Shown: piece by piece, positions 47,101-58,381 of the stretch
Position numbering within the stretch: the stretch's first letter is position 1
Layout of the letters: each line of letters begins with the position of its first letter
From: Epithemia pelagica
Taxonomy: Eukaryota > Protista > Bacillariophyta
NCBI GenBank assembly: GCA_946965045.2
Contig: OX337232.1
Span: forward strand, 2,294,001 to 2,358,000
Direction: 5' to 3'
Length of the DNA: 64,000 bases
Position numbers and translations under genes: made by a program
Notes under the pieces: generated by a model
What the model saw: only the letters and a program-made list of their open reading frames with translations
Databases searched by the model: none
Told to the model about the DNA's origin: nothing

Positions 47101-49273
47101 GACAAGGATGCATGGGTGAAGTCAGTTGATGAAGAGCACCAACGCATGATTGATTGTGGCGTTTGGGTGCCCATTCGGAAAGAAGATTTGCCTCCCAATT
47201 GCGACATCATCGATTCAACCTGGTCTATGAAGAAAAAGGCCAGTGGAAAGTATCGTGCTCGTTTGGCAGCTCGGGGTTTCAAACAACGCAAAGGAGTGTC
47301 ATACGATCGTGATGATTTATTTGCACCGGTGGTCAACGAACTCACCGTGAAAATTGCCTTTGTGATGATGATTTTGGCTGGGTGGTACGCCCATTTAATG
47401 GACGTGAAAGGGGCTTTTCTGAAATGTGGATTTCGCACGCAACACAAAGTGGCAATGGAAGTCCCAAGAGGTTTTGAGAAATTCTATCCCTACGGTTGGT
47501 TGTTGCTTCTGTTGAAGACGCTCTACGGATGCAAGCAAGCCGCTAAGATGTTTTGGGAATTTCTGTTGAAATTGATGCAGAGTATGGGCTTTGATCGAAG
47601 CAAAGCCGACCCTTGCTTGTATTTTGCTTGGACGCAATTTGGGCTTATCTTGTTTCTGTCCTACATTGACGATATGATTCTGATGGGGAATAAAGACGGA
47701 GTCATGCATTTCCGCGAAATTTTCAAGGGAAAGGTTGATGTTGATGATATTGGACCGTTGGATGAATATTTGGGAAAGCAAGATTGAATTTTGTACTGAA
47801 CAACGCACAGTCAAAATTACCCAACCAGTTCTTCTTCGCAGTTTTGGGGACGAATTTGGAGTGGGGGAGGGTACATCAAAAACACCTGCTGTACCACACA
47901 GTACACTACAACCTGGAGATGAGAGTTCGCGTTTGGATGCTAAGGGCACATTTCGAGTTCGGTCCGGGATTGGAAAACTGTTGTACTTGATGTAATGGAG
48001 TCGCCCTGACATCTCAAATGCCGTTCGGGATTTGAGTCGGTTCATGCAGGAACCTTCTCTTGCGCATGACAAGGCAATGCGACGCTTGATGGAATACTGC
48101 GTCTCAACCGAACAGCGCCGTCTTTTGCTTAAACCTGAAGGACAGTGGGATGGAACAGCCGATTACGAGTTTGAGATCTGTGGCCGTTCTGACAGTGACT
48201 ACGCGAAACAGCACGATCGCAAGAGTGTTAGTGGAATTTCGGTGTTTCTCAACGGTGCACCTATTCAAACGAAAAGCAAGACTCAGAGCATCATAACCCT
48301 GAGCGTTACGGAAGCCGAATTGGTGGCTGCTGTGGACTGTGTGCAGACGATGTTGTTCGCTCGGCAAATTATTCTCAGTATGGGGCTTAAGGTGAAACTA
48401 CCCATGCTACTTGAAATGGACGACAAAGGGGGGAAAGATATCATCAATTCGTGGGCAGTTGGTGGTCGGACACGTCACATTGATGTCCGAATGTTCTTCC
48501 TTCGAGAACTCAAGGAAGAAGGAATTCTCAAATGCAACTGGATCAGCACTGACGACAATTCTGCGGACCTCTTCACCAAGAATCTTGATGGTCCCACCTT
48601 TCTTCGTCATGGGTTGGTCTATGTGGCCGATTGAAGTCAACCACAAGGGGAGGGTGTTGGAACCTATTGTGGCCTGACTGATGGTCGCCCTTATAACGGT
48701 CGGGATTAGCGCTGTGGCCTCTATAACGGTCGGGATTAGCGCCTTGGGATTCGACTACTGGGGAAACTATGTACGGGATCAGGTCAGATGAATGGGAGTC
48801 GAAATAGGTCTTACTCCCACGGGGACACAAACAAACACTGAATACGATTAGGATAACGAAAACAAAATATTAGTAATGAGATCATAAGTTTGGGAAAACA
48901 AAACCTAATAGGCCAGTCTTAAAGTGTTCTAGCAGCATTTGTGAACAACGTACAACATGGGACTCACGTTTTGCTGGGATATTGGTTTATCGGTAGCACC
49001 CCGAAGAAGCTCATCAATGATCACCTTCCTTTCCTCATTTTCTGTGTTGACTCTGCGCAGTACTTCGACAGTTTTCGATATGAGATCAACACGGCTCAGA
49101 AGAGGATTGTCATCATGTCCACTCTTTAGCTGTCCACGTCTTGCACGTTCTTCCGCCTCGGCCTGAACCCCAGGGTCGATTTCCAGCAAAAGTGACATTA
49201 AGTCATCAAATCCCTTGTTTACATCATTCCTCCGCCTCTTTTCTCTGTGACGTTTTCTCTCAGAGCGCGACAT
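41178..49273 (-). CDS. bHLH transcription factor; exons 48968-49273 (5' end may extend to ~49414) and 41178-41612; its intron contains the Copia-1 element
   Basis: RKRHREKRRRNDVNKGFDDL...SRVDLISKTVEVL. Donor GTGAGT at 48967 and acceptor CAG at 41613 give a phase-0 join. The intron is ~98 nt once the element is removed. Confidence 0.75.
41683..41962 (+). repeat. 5' LTR of Copia-1
   Basis: TGTTGG...CTAGCA, with an internal duplicated TATAACGGTCGGGATTAGCGC. Confidence 0.95.
44650..46624 (+). mobile_element. Tc1/mariner element of the plant-type (CTCCCTCC-terminus) lineage
   Basis: Perfect 28-bp TIRs CTCCCTCCTGAAAGAAAATAGTGCACGA and TA TSD (44648-49 and 46625-26). Removing the element restores the Copia frame (KELQTNPV). 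Confidence 0.96.
44782..46227 (+). CDS. Mariner transposase, intact, DD43D spacing by manual count
   Basis: N-terminal HTH region, HVDEKWF, QQDGAKSH and SPNSPDTNICDLGFF. Confidence 0.92.
   Translation: MFDSCKGMRYDRSKGAISSFAFQCPPVETSMAPMNTSSSGRPPRASKFKALRETDKIRIVSMLNSMVNQGTFGHGSIAFVAREMGLGRSTISRVWSGARVTRATGIIHSPEFSRKLSARGRRPKFSPSTIRSRVKALPLMARTTRQNLSLALKVSHTTVNSWVKKGILRSHRNMLKPTLTEQNKLSRLLMATSFIKEKEGKEGEYEYEDMYDLVHVDEKWFYLSQDGQRFVLTDDEKNPHRTVKHKSHVTKVMFLCAVARPRFIPYLNKWWDGKIGIWPIGEWVPAKRDSANRRKGTPVWKNTSITRDVYRALLVEKVLPGIIEKWPVEDRKERVVRIQQDGAKSHISDDDPEFLEFLKDLKNEGQLDASLYTQSPNSPDTNICDLGFFRAIQSASLIVGSCEKALIDSVTKAFAEYPREKLNRTWLTLQSCFNRIIEEDGGNDYQIPHLNKEGLERKGQLPTVLDVTKAFDPNNNLHVME
48655..48934 (+). 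repeat. 3' LTR of Copia-1
   Basis: Matches 41683-41962 except at two positions. Confidence 0.95.
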
Positions 49274-49673
49274 CTTTTGAAGATCCTCTTGGGTTAACGA
49301 GTCATCATCCTCATCAACCGAGGAAATGCCTCGTTTCTATCTCTCACGCATTGCGTCAGAACTACTGCACTCGGAACGAGGGTGATTTGTCTTGCTTGCA
49401 TGATCTGACGCCATCTCCTCGTTGGAATCAGGTTTCCTAGAATCTTCGAACCTTCGGTGATAGTGCGAGGTTCCTTGTCGCCACAGAGCAGAGGGGAGTT
49501 CGTATGCACTTTCCGTAGTCCGTAGTCACCGGAGCATTCCCGTGTCCCGTGCCATGTAGTTCGGACTATGCACCATGGTTTATCGTTTATCGTCTTCTTG
49601 ACGACTCGTATTGATTCACATAATTTTACTTGGTAAGGAACTTCAAGGTACAGAATTCCTCTTGCGTGCCTGA

Positions 49674-49980
49674 TGACAAAAGGTGAAGGACTCCGGTCGT
49701 TACGACACAACAATCAAAGATACAACAAAGCGTTAGACAATTCAAGGCACCAACCACGCAGCCAATTCCCCACGGGTCAAGGAAAGGGCCAGCAACTACT
49801 AGAAGAGTAGGTAGGACACAAAGAGATGTGATGATGATGCTTTTTAGAATTGTGAGTGTTATCGTCTATGTTAGTGCTTGTTGTTGTTGTTCCCCCTTTT
49901 CCATCCATTTGTACTAGGTACGTAGAAATCTACACGCAGCATTGCTGGTTCGTGTGCATCTGACATCTAGATCGCATTCA
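49674..49980 (-). repeat. 3' LTR of Copia-2
   Basis: Identical by eye to 56860-57166. Confidence 0.95.
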
Positions 49981-50169
49981 ATCGTCCCAAGATATCGCAC
50001 ATGTTCATGGATGATGTCTAGCTCATGTCCAAGGCCATTGAAAGCGCCTCCTATCGTATTTCCTTTCTCTCCATTGTCTAAACTACGATCTACATGTGCT
50101 AGGTGTTTGTATATTATGACGTCACAGCCAGATGAAACCACTAGGTATTGATCGTGACTCATCGTACGA

Positions 50170-53100
50170 TCAGTCACGGTCATCTACCTTGTGCGACTCC
50201 CCTTTCGTCTGTCTGTCTTGTTTTGGTTCATTGATCTTATCGTTCAAAGCACTAACATCACCTCGCCAGAATAGCAGAGGTTTAAGGAGTGGCCATCCCG
50301 TGACAAAATCCCAATTTTTAGTCAACACGTCAGCGGGATTGGTCTTGCCATCCTTCCAGTAAAACTTGATAGCATTCGATGCCATACACTCACGTACACG
50401 GTTGTAGCTCAGAAAGTGATGGCGTTTGCTAAGGATTGAATGTGGTACCGTACTATTGGTTACCACTGACTTGTTATCTCCGAATAGGTAGCTAGAATCT
50501 CGTAATGGTACTCCTAGGAAGCGAAGAAAAATGCGTAGTTCCATGATTTGATCACATGCAATCCGTGCAGAGACAAATTCAGAGCCAAAGGTTGCAGTCT
50601 CAACCGTTGCCTGTCGCTTGGAGTACCAGTCCATGGGAGTTCCATTGACTAGGTGTAGAATCCCAGATGCTGATCTCCCCGTAATCATGTCGTGCTTTAG
50701 GTTAGCATCGACATAGGTAGTTGTAACAACGGGTAGACCCTTAGGTTCCGGTGCATCTTTTGGAACTTCCTCTCGTGCTCCATCGTAAACGCAGAACCAA
50801 TCATAGTTTTGATCTGGCAGATTGAAGTAGTCTGGTTCATGTAGTCTAAAACGGATTGCTCCATGATACATGCCAGCTAGGTATCCAACAACTCGTTTTG
50901 CACGTTCCAAATGGCCAATTCGTGGAGCGGCACGGAATATAGCCAATGTCATGACGGAAGTGAAGATGTCAAAGCGACCTATAGTCACCAGCCATTGCAG
51001 TTGCCCTATAATGGATTGATAGATGGCAATGTCCTTTGCTCGCTATCATCTAGTTCAGGATGATCTTGCCGGCCTAATGGAGTCTTGTACTTTTTCGGTT
51101 TGTTCCCGAATAAGATTTTGTACCCTTCGAGTATCTTCTCAACGTATCTTCTGGGGTCCACTACCAATGTTCCATCTGGTTCTCTCTTGTATGTACACCC
51201 TAGGTGATATGCTATTGGGCCCGCACCTTTGAGTTTGAATTTAAATTTTTCAGTGAAAGTATCACAAATTTCTTTCGGGTTTTTTGCAGCAATTGCTAGG
51301 TCGTCTACATAAACTGCTACGTACTCGTAGACGCCGTGCTCTTCGTTTAGCTTAAACCAGATGTCAGGTTCAATCTTGCATGGTTTAACTCCCATTTCTT
51401 GTAAGACGTCATAGAGTTTATCATGCCATCGTGCTCCACTGGTCACAAGTCCGTAAAGTGCCTTATCAAAAATCAAGATTTTTCCTTCCAAATCTCCAAA
51501 TTCAGGACCAGCTATGATGAATAGCTTCTCCTTTGTTTGTGCTTCTAGGTAAGCATTTCCAATGTCAGCTGCCCAGATCTCCAGCTTGTTCAGTTCACTG
51601 AGGAAGATAACTAGACGTAGGCCACGTATTGAAACCACTCCTGAGTAGCTTGACATAGACGGGTCTCGTACAGTCAAATGCCCATCAGCTACAAGTCTAG
51701 CTTTTCGACGTCCATCATGTTTGATATCGAAAACTAGGTGAACTCTCAATCGTTGATATCCTTCAGGAGCATTCATAAGCTTCCCATTTTGAAAAATAGC
51801 CTTATCCTGGACTAGGAATGTCTTGTATTGATGAATGACTTGATCTAGCTCGAGTTCAGTTGCTTTTGACCATAAGTTATTCTTGTTCTGAACATCTAGC
51901 AGGATAGCTTCATCATAATCCCGTGGGACTTGCACGCCAAAACGGTACTTGATTTGCGCGCGAGAGTTACGCCGGATCATCTTTTTTTTGGCTTGCTGCA
52001 AATGTCGACGGAGTGTCTTGATGAGTCGCTTTTCAGTCTTGACGTATTTAGCTAGGTGCTTCCAGCCATCTAAGTCGAGTAGTCCATTATTCTTGGCATA
52101 GATAGCGCATAGCAAAGGATCATCACTAGCTATAAAAGAAAGAGGCTCATAGCTAGTCTCCCCATTTTCCCATTCGACAAGAACGTTGTAGCTAGATCCC
52201 TTGTAATGAGCATCAGTAGGTTTGAGAGGACCTTGATGAGCAGTGATTTGCCGCATTCGATACTCTTGTTCAGAGAAAACAACGTCGTCAGGATCATGAT
52301 CTAGATGATTGAGAAGTTCATTGTAAGTGACAATCTCACGAAGGCGACCTTCATCATATTCCACTTCAAAACTGAGGTCTTCAAAACGTTTTCGGTCACG
52401 ATAAGCTTGATCTTGGACCATAGCAACAACTAACCCACGAAAACGCTCCCCAGTTTCCAGTTTAGGGCCAAGAAATTTACGGCCAAGTAGATCATGTGGA
52501 TCTATAGTAGGCATAGGAGGTGTAGATCCAGAAGACCTATCTTCATGACGACCTCTGACATGAACTATCTCCCCGTTTTCTGGATCTAGACGTCGGTTAG
52601 GTAAAGAAGAGGTAGCACTACGAATAGTAGACCGAAACAAAATCGTAGAGGTCTCATCAGTAAGGATCTTCCATGTTAATGGATCCCCAACCCCAGTACC
52701 AAAACCTACCCAACGACCTTTAGATTCATTACCAGTAGAAGGGTAAGAAGATCGATCAGGATCATAAGAAAAATAAATTGGTTCCCAGAAATAATGAGCA
52801 AGTAAGAAACTGACATCAGGAGTGGAGCCCGTCAGGCGCTCAATGGGGGTGCGACCGTTAAGCGCCGGCGAAGCAAGGTGGTTAAGCACGGTCGACGCAT
52901 AGTCTAGGGCAAGTAACCAGCAGCTAGGTGGACAACCAGAGGTATTGAGAATAAGATTAGTCCAGCGCTTAAGAGTAGAGTACCGATTTTCAGCAAAATT
53001 CTGATGCTGATGATGAGGTTCAGATGTGTACTGAGAAATAAACAGAGACCGTAGGATGTCTTGTACCTTCTTAGAAACTAAAGCCTGAGCACGATCACTG

Positions 53101-55787
53101 ATTAAAACGTCCATAGCTCCCCGTAGTCGGATATTATCCTCAAGGGTATTGACGAATTGAGCATCAGATTTGACTCCATACACATCGCAAACAAGGTATC
53201 TCTTCCAACAAAAATTTGAGCAGCCTTAGAACCATTATCAATAGCAGGTGTATCGGCAAAGACTGTATCAGTGGCAACCCCTTCACGACGACGACCGATA
53301 TTGAGCACAGGGTTACGGGTGCGAAAGTGCTTCTTGAGATAATCATGAGGGGAAAATCCCACATAGCGTGTAGAAACCTTAAAGGTATTAGCTATGCTAT
53401 CAGCCGATGCCCAAGCAAAATAAGGACGTAGGGCTTCAAAATCTTCAGATTTCAGAGATTGTTGATGATAACGACTGTGTTGGAAGTCGACGGCACCAGC
53501 TAGGTTCGTCTGTTGATGAAGGGTAAGAATCTGGGAAACTAGGTTGACGCGATGAACATAGTTTCCAGTCGCAGAAAAATCACGATCAATAGGGTCTGGG
53601 TTGACAAGATCCATCCAATCAGAATGTGTATCAGGATTGGACGAATGAGAATGATCTATGACGTCAGGATTCCATTCATCGGGTGACGTCAAGACGACAT
53701 GAGGATAGGTAGCTAGGTCATTATCAGTAGGAATGCCTAGACTATCCAAATAGACAAGTCCACCCTTAAAGATCAAAGGTAAGGCATAACCGTCTAGAGT
53801 CTCAATACGCTGTCGACCACCGACAAGAACTGACTTGTCATCAACAAGAGTCTTGAAATATTCCATTTGTGGCGGAGAGTGAATCGAACGACCTTTTCCA
53901 AGGTAAGCATACTCATGGAAAATACCAACGATTGTACCTAGCTGTGTAGAATAAAGACCTGCAGCGGTAACAATGTCCAAGCCAGTTACCTCATGATTAT
54001 CAATGCCAACAATGTTAATCTTTCGACCAGTTTTGTGGATAATCTTCAAATCACTCCCAGCTAAACCACCATTGGCCCCTCTATCAATCAACTGAAAGGT
54101 AGGGTTAAGGTTAGCCTTTGAGAAGCGATAGGCAGCATTGATAGAGAAACTAACACCCTTAGATTTAGCCTTGTTGGCAGAAAGGACGCGCTGAATATCA
54201 GATTCAGGATAATCAGTTTGCTCATGTAACATCGTGAGAAGCTGATCAGGACTAGGATCAGACTCAGTAGCATCAGCAGCTTCTTGGCAAGCTTCTTCAT
54301 TATTATCAGTAGCTGTTGGAATTTCATCAGCAGATGATTCACTAACCTCATGTAGATTCGTTTGACGAGGTTTAGAATTAGGTGAGTTAGCCAAGATACG
54401 TTTATTGTGTGCTTTTAGCATCTCTTTAACTTCATCTGAAGTAGCATCCCAAATATCCTTAGGGAGAAAAATACGCTGAGTACGAGTATCAATGCGATTA
54501 CGAGTCCGATTAGCTTGAAAAATAGACACAAGATCCTCTTGAATGAAATCATCATGAGAACTAGAATGATCAGAGTCAAAAATATCGTGATCACACTGTT
54601 GGGAAGCATAAGCTCGTCGTTTAGATCCATTCTTGCTAGCTAAGTGCTGATCAAATTGAAAAGCAGCATTAGTCAACACACGATAGTAGTCATCATAGGA
54701 CGTCTTTGCATGAGTCCCAGATTGAGATTTCAGAAAATCATCGAAAATCTTGACACGTCGAAGATCTTCATTACCATCCACAGCTTGCATGAGAAAAGTA
54801 GTACGTGAAAAATCAGGTAGCTTTTGGCTAGAATCACATAGACTATCTAAAAGACGTAGTTGTTCATTGAAATGAAGCAAGAACTGGGATGTAGTGCCTC
54901 TCCATGCTGAATCAAGACGAATGTATGTAAGATAGGCAGTAAGACGCATGATTTCCTTGCGTGACAACTCGGAGTCCGTATGATGAGTGCGTAACTCATC
55001 TAGGACGGCTGCAGCATCCATGTCCATAGTATGGGCACGAATGATAGCACGACCTTTATCAGTTTGTAAACAACGAACTAAAACTGAATATAGAAAGATC
55101 TGTTGTTCTCGGTAAAGAGCAGAGGCAGCAGGATCTGTGGAATCCACAACAAAAGAAGGATCCAAAACATTGCCTAATCCTTGAGCAAGTGCAGTAGCAC
55201 GAAAACTACGCATAAAGGGGTCATAGTTTTTATCTTCCTTGAGTACTTCATATGCCGTTGAGTCGCGTTTAATGCTTTTACGAAAGGTAGTCAAATCTTG
55301 CTGGGACTGAGACGAGTTAGACGTAGTAGACTTCCCCCCCCGGAGTGCCAAGAGATGGAGTACCTGGAGTAGACGGCACGGTTAAGGCCCGAGACTGAAA
55401 AGGTGTAGGGAAATGAGTCCCGATGCGAAACCGATCATAATCCTCGCGAGTAAGTGCTAACCAGTCATCAGCACCAAAGAAACGCTGAGCGAGAGATTGA
55501 AGATGATTAGCCCAAAGAAGGAAAGCACGGATTTGCTTAGCAAAGCTAGGATGTAATTTCTGGGTCTTAGTCTGTCGCTTAGTTTTAAAATCAAGGTCAT
55601 CCGCAAGGGTTTCAGGATCGGTGCCATACAACTCAAGAAACTCAGAGAAGTCTAAAAATTTGTGATGAGTAAACCAGTCTTGGAAATCAGTAAGGCGATC
55701 GGGGGGTTGGTTCAAGATCGTAGTAAAGATGTGCTGAAAAACTGGATCCTGGGAAAGATCTACTGCATTCTCAGTCGGTTCCGTCAT
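50170..55787 (-). pseudogene. Copia-2 gag-pol with three frameshifts (~55335, ~53185, ~51030)
   Basis: Protease IDRGANGG, integrase (DTVFAD, ISDRAQ, QNFAE), RT (ADIGNAYL, YVDD) and RNase H (YVDAN, ETATFGSEF) are spread over four overlapping ORFs. Confidence 0.9.
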
Positions 55788-56848
55788 GATATCAGTAAAC
55801 TAGGTAGAACTAGGTGAAAAACTTGAATATCTTGAGCAGAGATAGGACGAACTTACTACTGAAGAGCCCTCTGAATCAAATTCACCAGGTAGTAGCCTAC
55901 TTGTATCCGTCTCCAAAAACTTGAAAAACTTGAAAATAAAACCGAATAAAATACTTGAAATCAAACCGATTGAAAATAAAACTCCAAGCAGAGGTGCTAT
56001 TCAGAACCGGGAGCAATGTCACGGGGCTCGCTGAGCGAAGCTAATTAGAATGTGACGCGCTTCCACTACAGTCTTTAGGCTAGGTTGCTACCCGAGGGTA
56101 ACGAAGAACTAGCAAGATCTGACGGTGTCTGTTCTTGACTCCACACACCGGGATTGCCAATCCCTAGCCCAAACTCCACGTGTAGGAAGGAAAAGAAGCG
56201 ATCAAAAGGCGGAAAAAACCAAGAACAATTGCGCGCCAGGAAGGTAACGTCTGGCGGTTAAGCAATCTGTCCACAGCGCAAAGATAGAGAGCCTGATCGC
56301 TTGGCGGGCGACAGCAACAGATGCGTTGTTAGTAACGAACACGTGTGCCGGAGCACGCGAAGTAGTACCTGTTGAGTACCTTAACTTCGCCCCCTGACGG
56401 TATCCAGCCGGTCTGGCAAGGATCGCCCTCTTTTCGGCCTTGCGGCTTACTTGTACGTAAAGTACGGGATGGGGATACGACAGTCTCGCGGGGACTGGGA
56501 GTTGGGTTGCCCGTGGGATTGGTTACCTCGGATAGTTCCCCCAACTCTGTTTTCGGACACAGACAAGAAACGACGAAAAACAAAATTCGATGCCGACAAT
56601 GAAGATCTTTCGACAACGATAAGACGACAACCAACCGACCCAACAACCAACCAAATGGATGAATCGATCGAATATGACGAGACGGAGAGGACGGGATATG
56701 AGAATCAATCCCTCCGAACGAATTTTACCTTCGGAAGTAAGAACGAAACCCAACAAACACAGACGACGCAAGAGATCGGTCAAAGACAACAATCAACCAA
56801 ACGATTCGAAAAAGAGACGAGAACAACAATCAACAGGCGTGCTGTTGA

Positions 56849-56859
56849 GACTGTTAATC
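56849..56859 (-). promoter_or_regulatory. Putative primer-binding site complementary to a tRNA-Asn(GUU) anticodon arm
   Basis: Minus strand immediately after the 5' LTR reads GATTAACAGTC, the complement of GA-CUGUUAA-UC. Confidence 0.55.
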
Positions 56860-57166
56860 TGACAAAAGGTGAAGGACTCCGGTCGTTACGACACAACAAT
56901 CAAAGATACAACAAAGCGTTAGACAATTCAAGGCACCAACCACGCAGCCAATTCCCCACGGGTCAAGGAAAGGGCCAGCAACTACTAGAAGAGTAGGTAG
57001 GACACAAAGAGATGTGATGATGATGCTTTTTAGAATTGTGAGTGTTATCGTCTATGTTAGTGCTTGTTGTTGTTGTTCCCCCTTTTCCATCCATTTGTAC
57101 TAGGTACGTAGAAATCTACACGCAGCATTGCTGGTTCGTGTGCATCTGACATCTAGATCGCATTCA
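56860..57166 (-). repeat. 5' LTR of Copia-2
   Basis: Identical by eye to 49674-49980. Confidence 0.95.
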
Positions 57167-58381
57167 ATCTCTTCCTGTGACCGTGACCACGATTCAAATT
57201 TGGAATCCTTTCACACGACTCTCGTCTCGTCACAAAAATCTCACGCGGTGTCAAAAGCATCGACATTCGACATTGACCATGAAGCGAGCTCTTTATGAAG
57301 CCTTGCGACCTGAAGCAGTATTTTGGTTGGTTTTTCTCTCTTGTTGCTTGTTGTTTGTCTCTTAGCTTCTTTCATGTCCTGCGTAGTTTTCTCACACGTT
57401 ATCTTATTAATCTTTGTCCCTGTTAATGCTGATGGTTGGTGCTCCTTTGATTTTGTCGCAATCAAACGGAGGACAAGTCATTGTAGGCCGTTTGCCACAA
57501 CTTTTCCTTGCTCTAATCTTAGTGCTCCTTGATTGTTGGTTGTGTTCTTATCTTTGTAGCATGGATTTTTACTCTCATCATTGTGCTTCGCTTAGTCCAT
57601 CTCCATGGCGATCACAGATCAAGAACCTTTCTTTGTGTGTCGGATACTCAAGTACATAGACCTAGAGATGACAACAAACTAAGGCAGCTTGTTGCCACTA
57701 GACCTACTCAAACTAGTCTTCGTAGATCACAGAGTCGATCAGTTGCTTCAAGATGGCCCCAAACCTTCACCAGAGTGTCATGGTGGTTGAAAGCACGGCA
57801 ATAACACGCACGATCTTACAAAATCAATAAGATAGGAAATAAACTTCTGATAGAAACTCCTAGGAGTAGTATACAAAGAAAGAAGCTCTATGTGGTCTCC
57901 AATTTTAAGCCGAGGCTCGAATGGAGAATTGACATTCCATAGGCACAAACATTCACTCTCAATGAAGTGGACAGAGAGAGAGAGACAGTTGTTGAATGTT
58001 GAATATCAGAAGAGAAAAACGAATACAAGTGTGAGGGAGAAAAAAGCTGTTGTTGTCATGGAGACATTTTTGTACGTTCAAACTTACCTCAACTGCATGA
58101 AAGGCGACAATTCATGCCATGCCATTGTGGGTGATGGCCTCTGTGTGATTTTATGGGGGATTTGGAATTTGGATGGCGCATTCTGCAACCGTCATCCACG
58201 CAGGGCCGCTTGCTGGGCATGCGTCAGTTTCGTGAACTGCGAAAACTCCAGCTGGGTATGCGTGCCAATTTGCAATTTAGTCATTTCCATTTGCGTCAAA
58301 AAGGAAATTTTCTGTCTGTGTCCACTTGGGAACCTATGAAGGTGGCACAGACAAAAAACAGCTAAGCAGTGGACACTGATA

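Larger units (their letters stand above)
41998..48634 (+). pseudogene. Copia-1 gag-pol, disrupted
   Basis: gag, CCHC knuckle (CHHCGKVGHKAADC), protease ADTGAT, HHCC/integrase, RT (YIDD) and RNase H (SDSDYA) are present. In-frame TAA at 42754, 42775 and 47993; frameshift near 47780; mariner insertion at TA 44648. Confidence 0.9.
41683..48934 (+). mobile_element. Ty1/Copia LTR retrotransposon (Copia-1), defective, with a nested mariner
   Basis: 280-bp TG..CA LTRs with 2 mismatches. 5-bp TSD GCATT (41678-41682 and 48935-48939). PPT AAGGGGAGGG at 48645-48654. Domain order is gag-PR-IN-RT-RH. Confidence 0.96.
49674..57166 (-). mobile_element. Ty1/Copia LTR retrotransposon (Copia-2, CoDi-like)
   Basis: Two apparently identical 307-bp TG..CA LTRs. 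gag-PR-IN-RT-RH lie on the minus strand. No TSD was detectable. Confidence 0.93.

Noticed and set aside
57177-57900. Hydrophobic short ORFs next to the Copia-2 LTR
   Set aside because: Compositional (T-rich) ORFs with no family motifs or coherent gene model.
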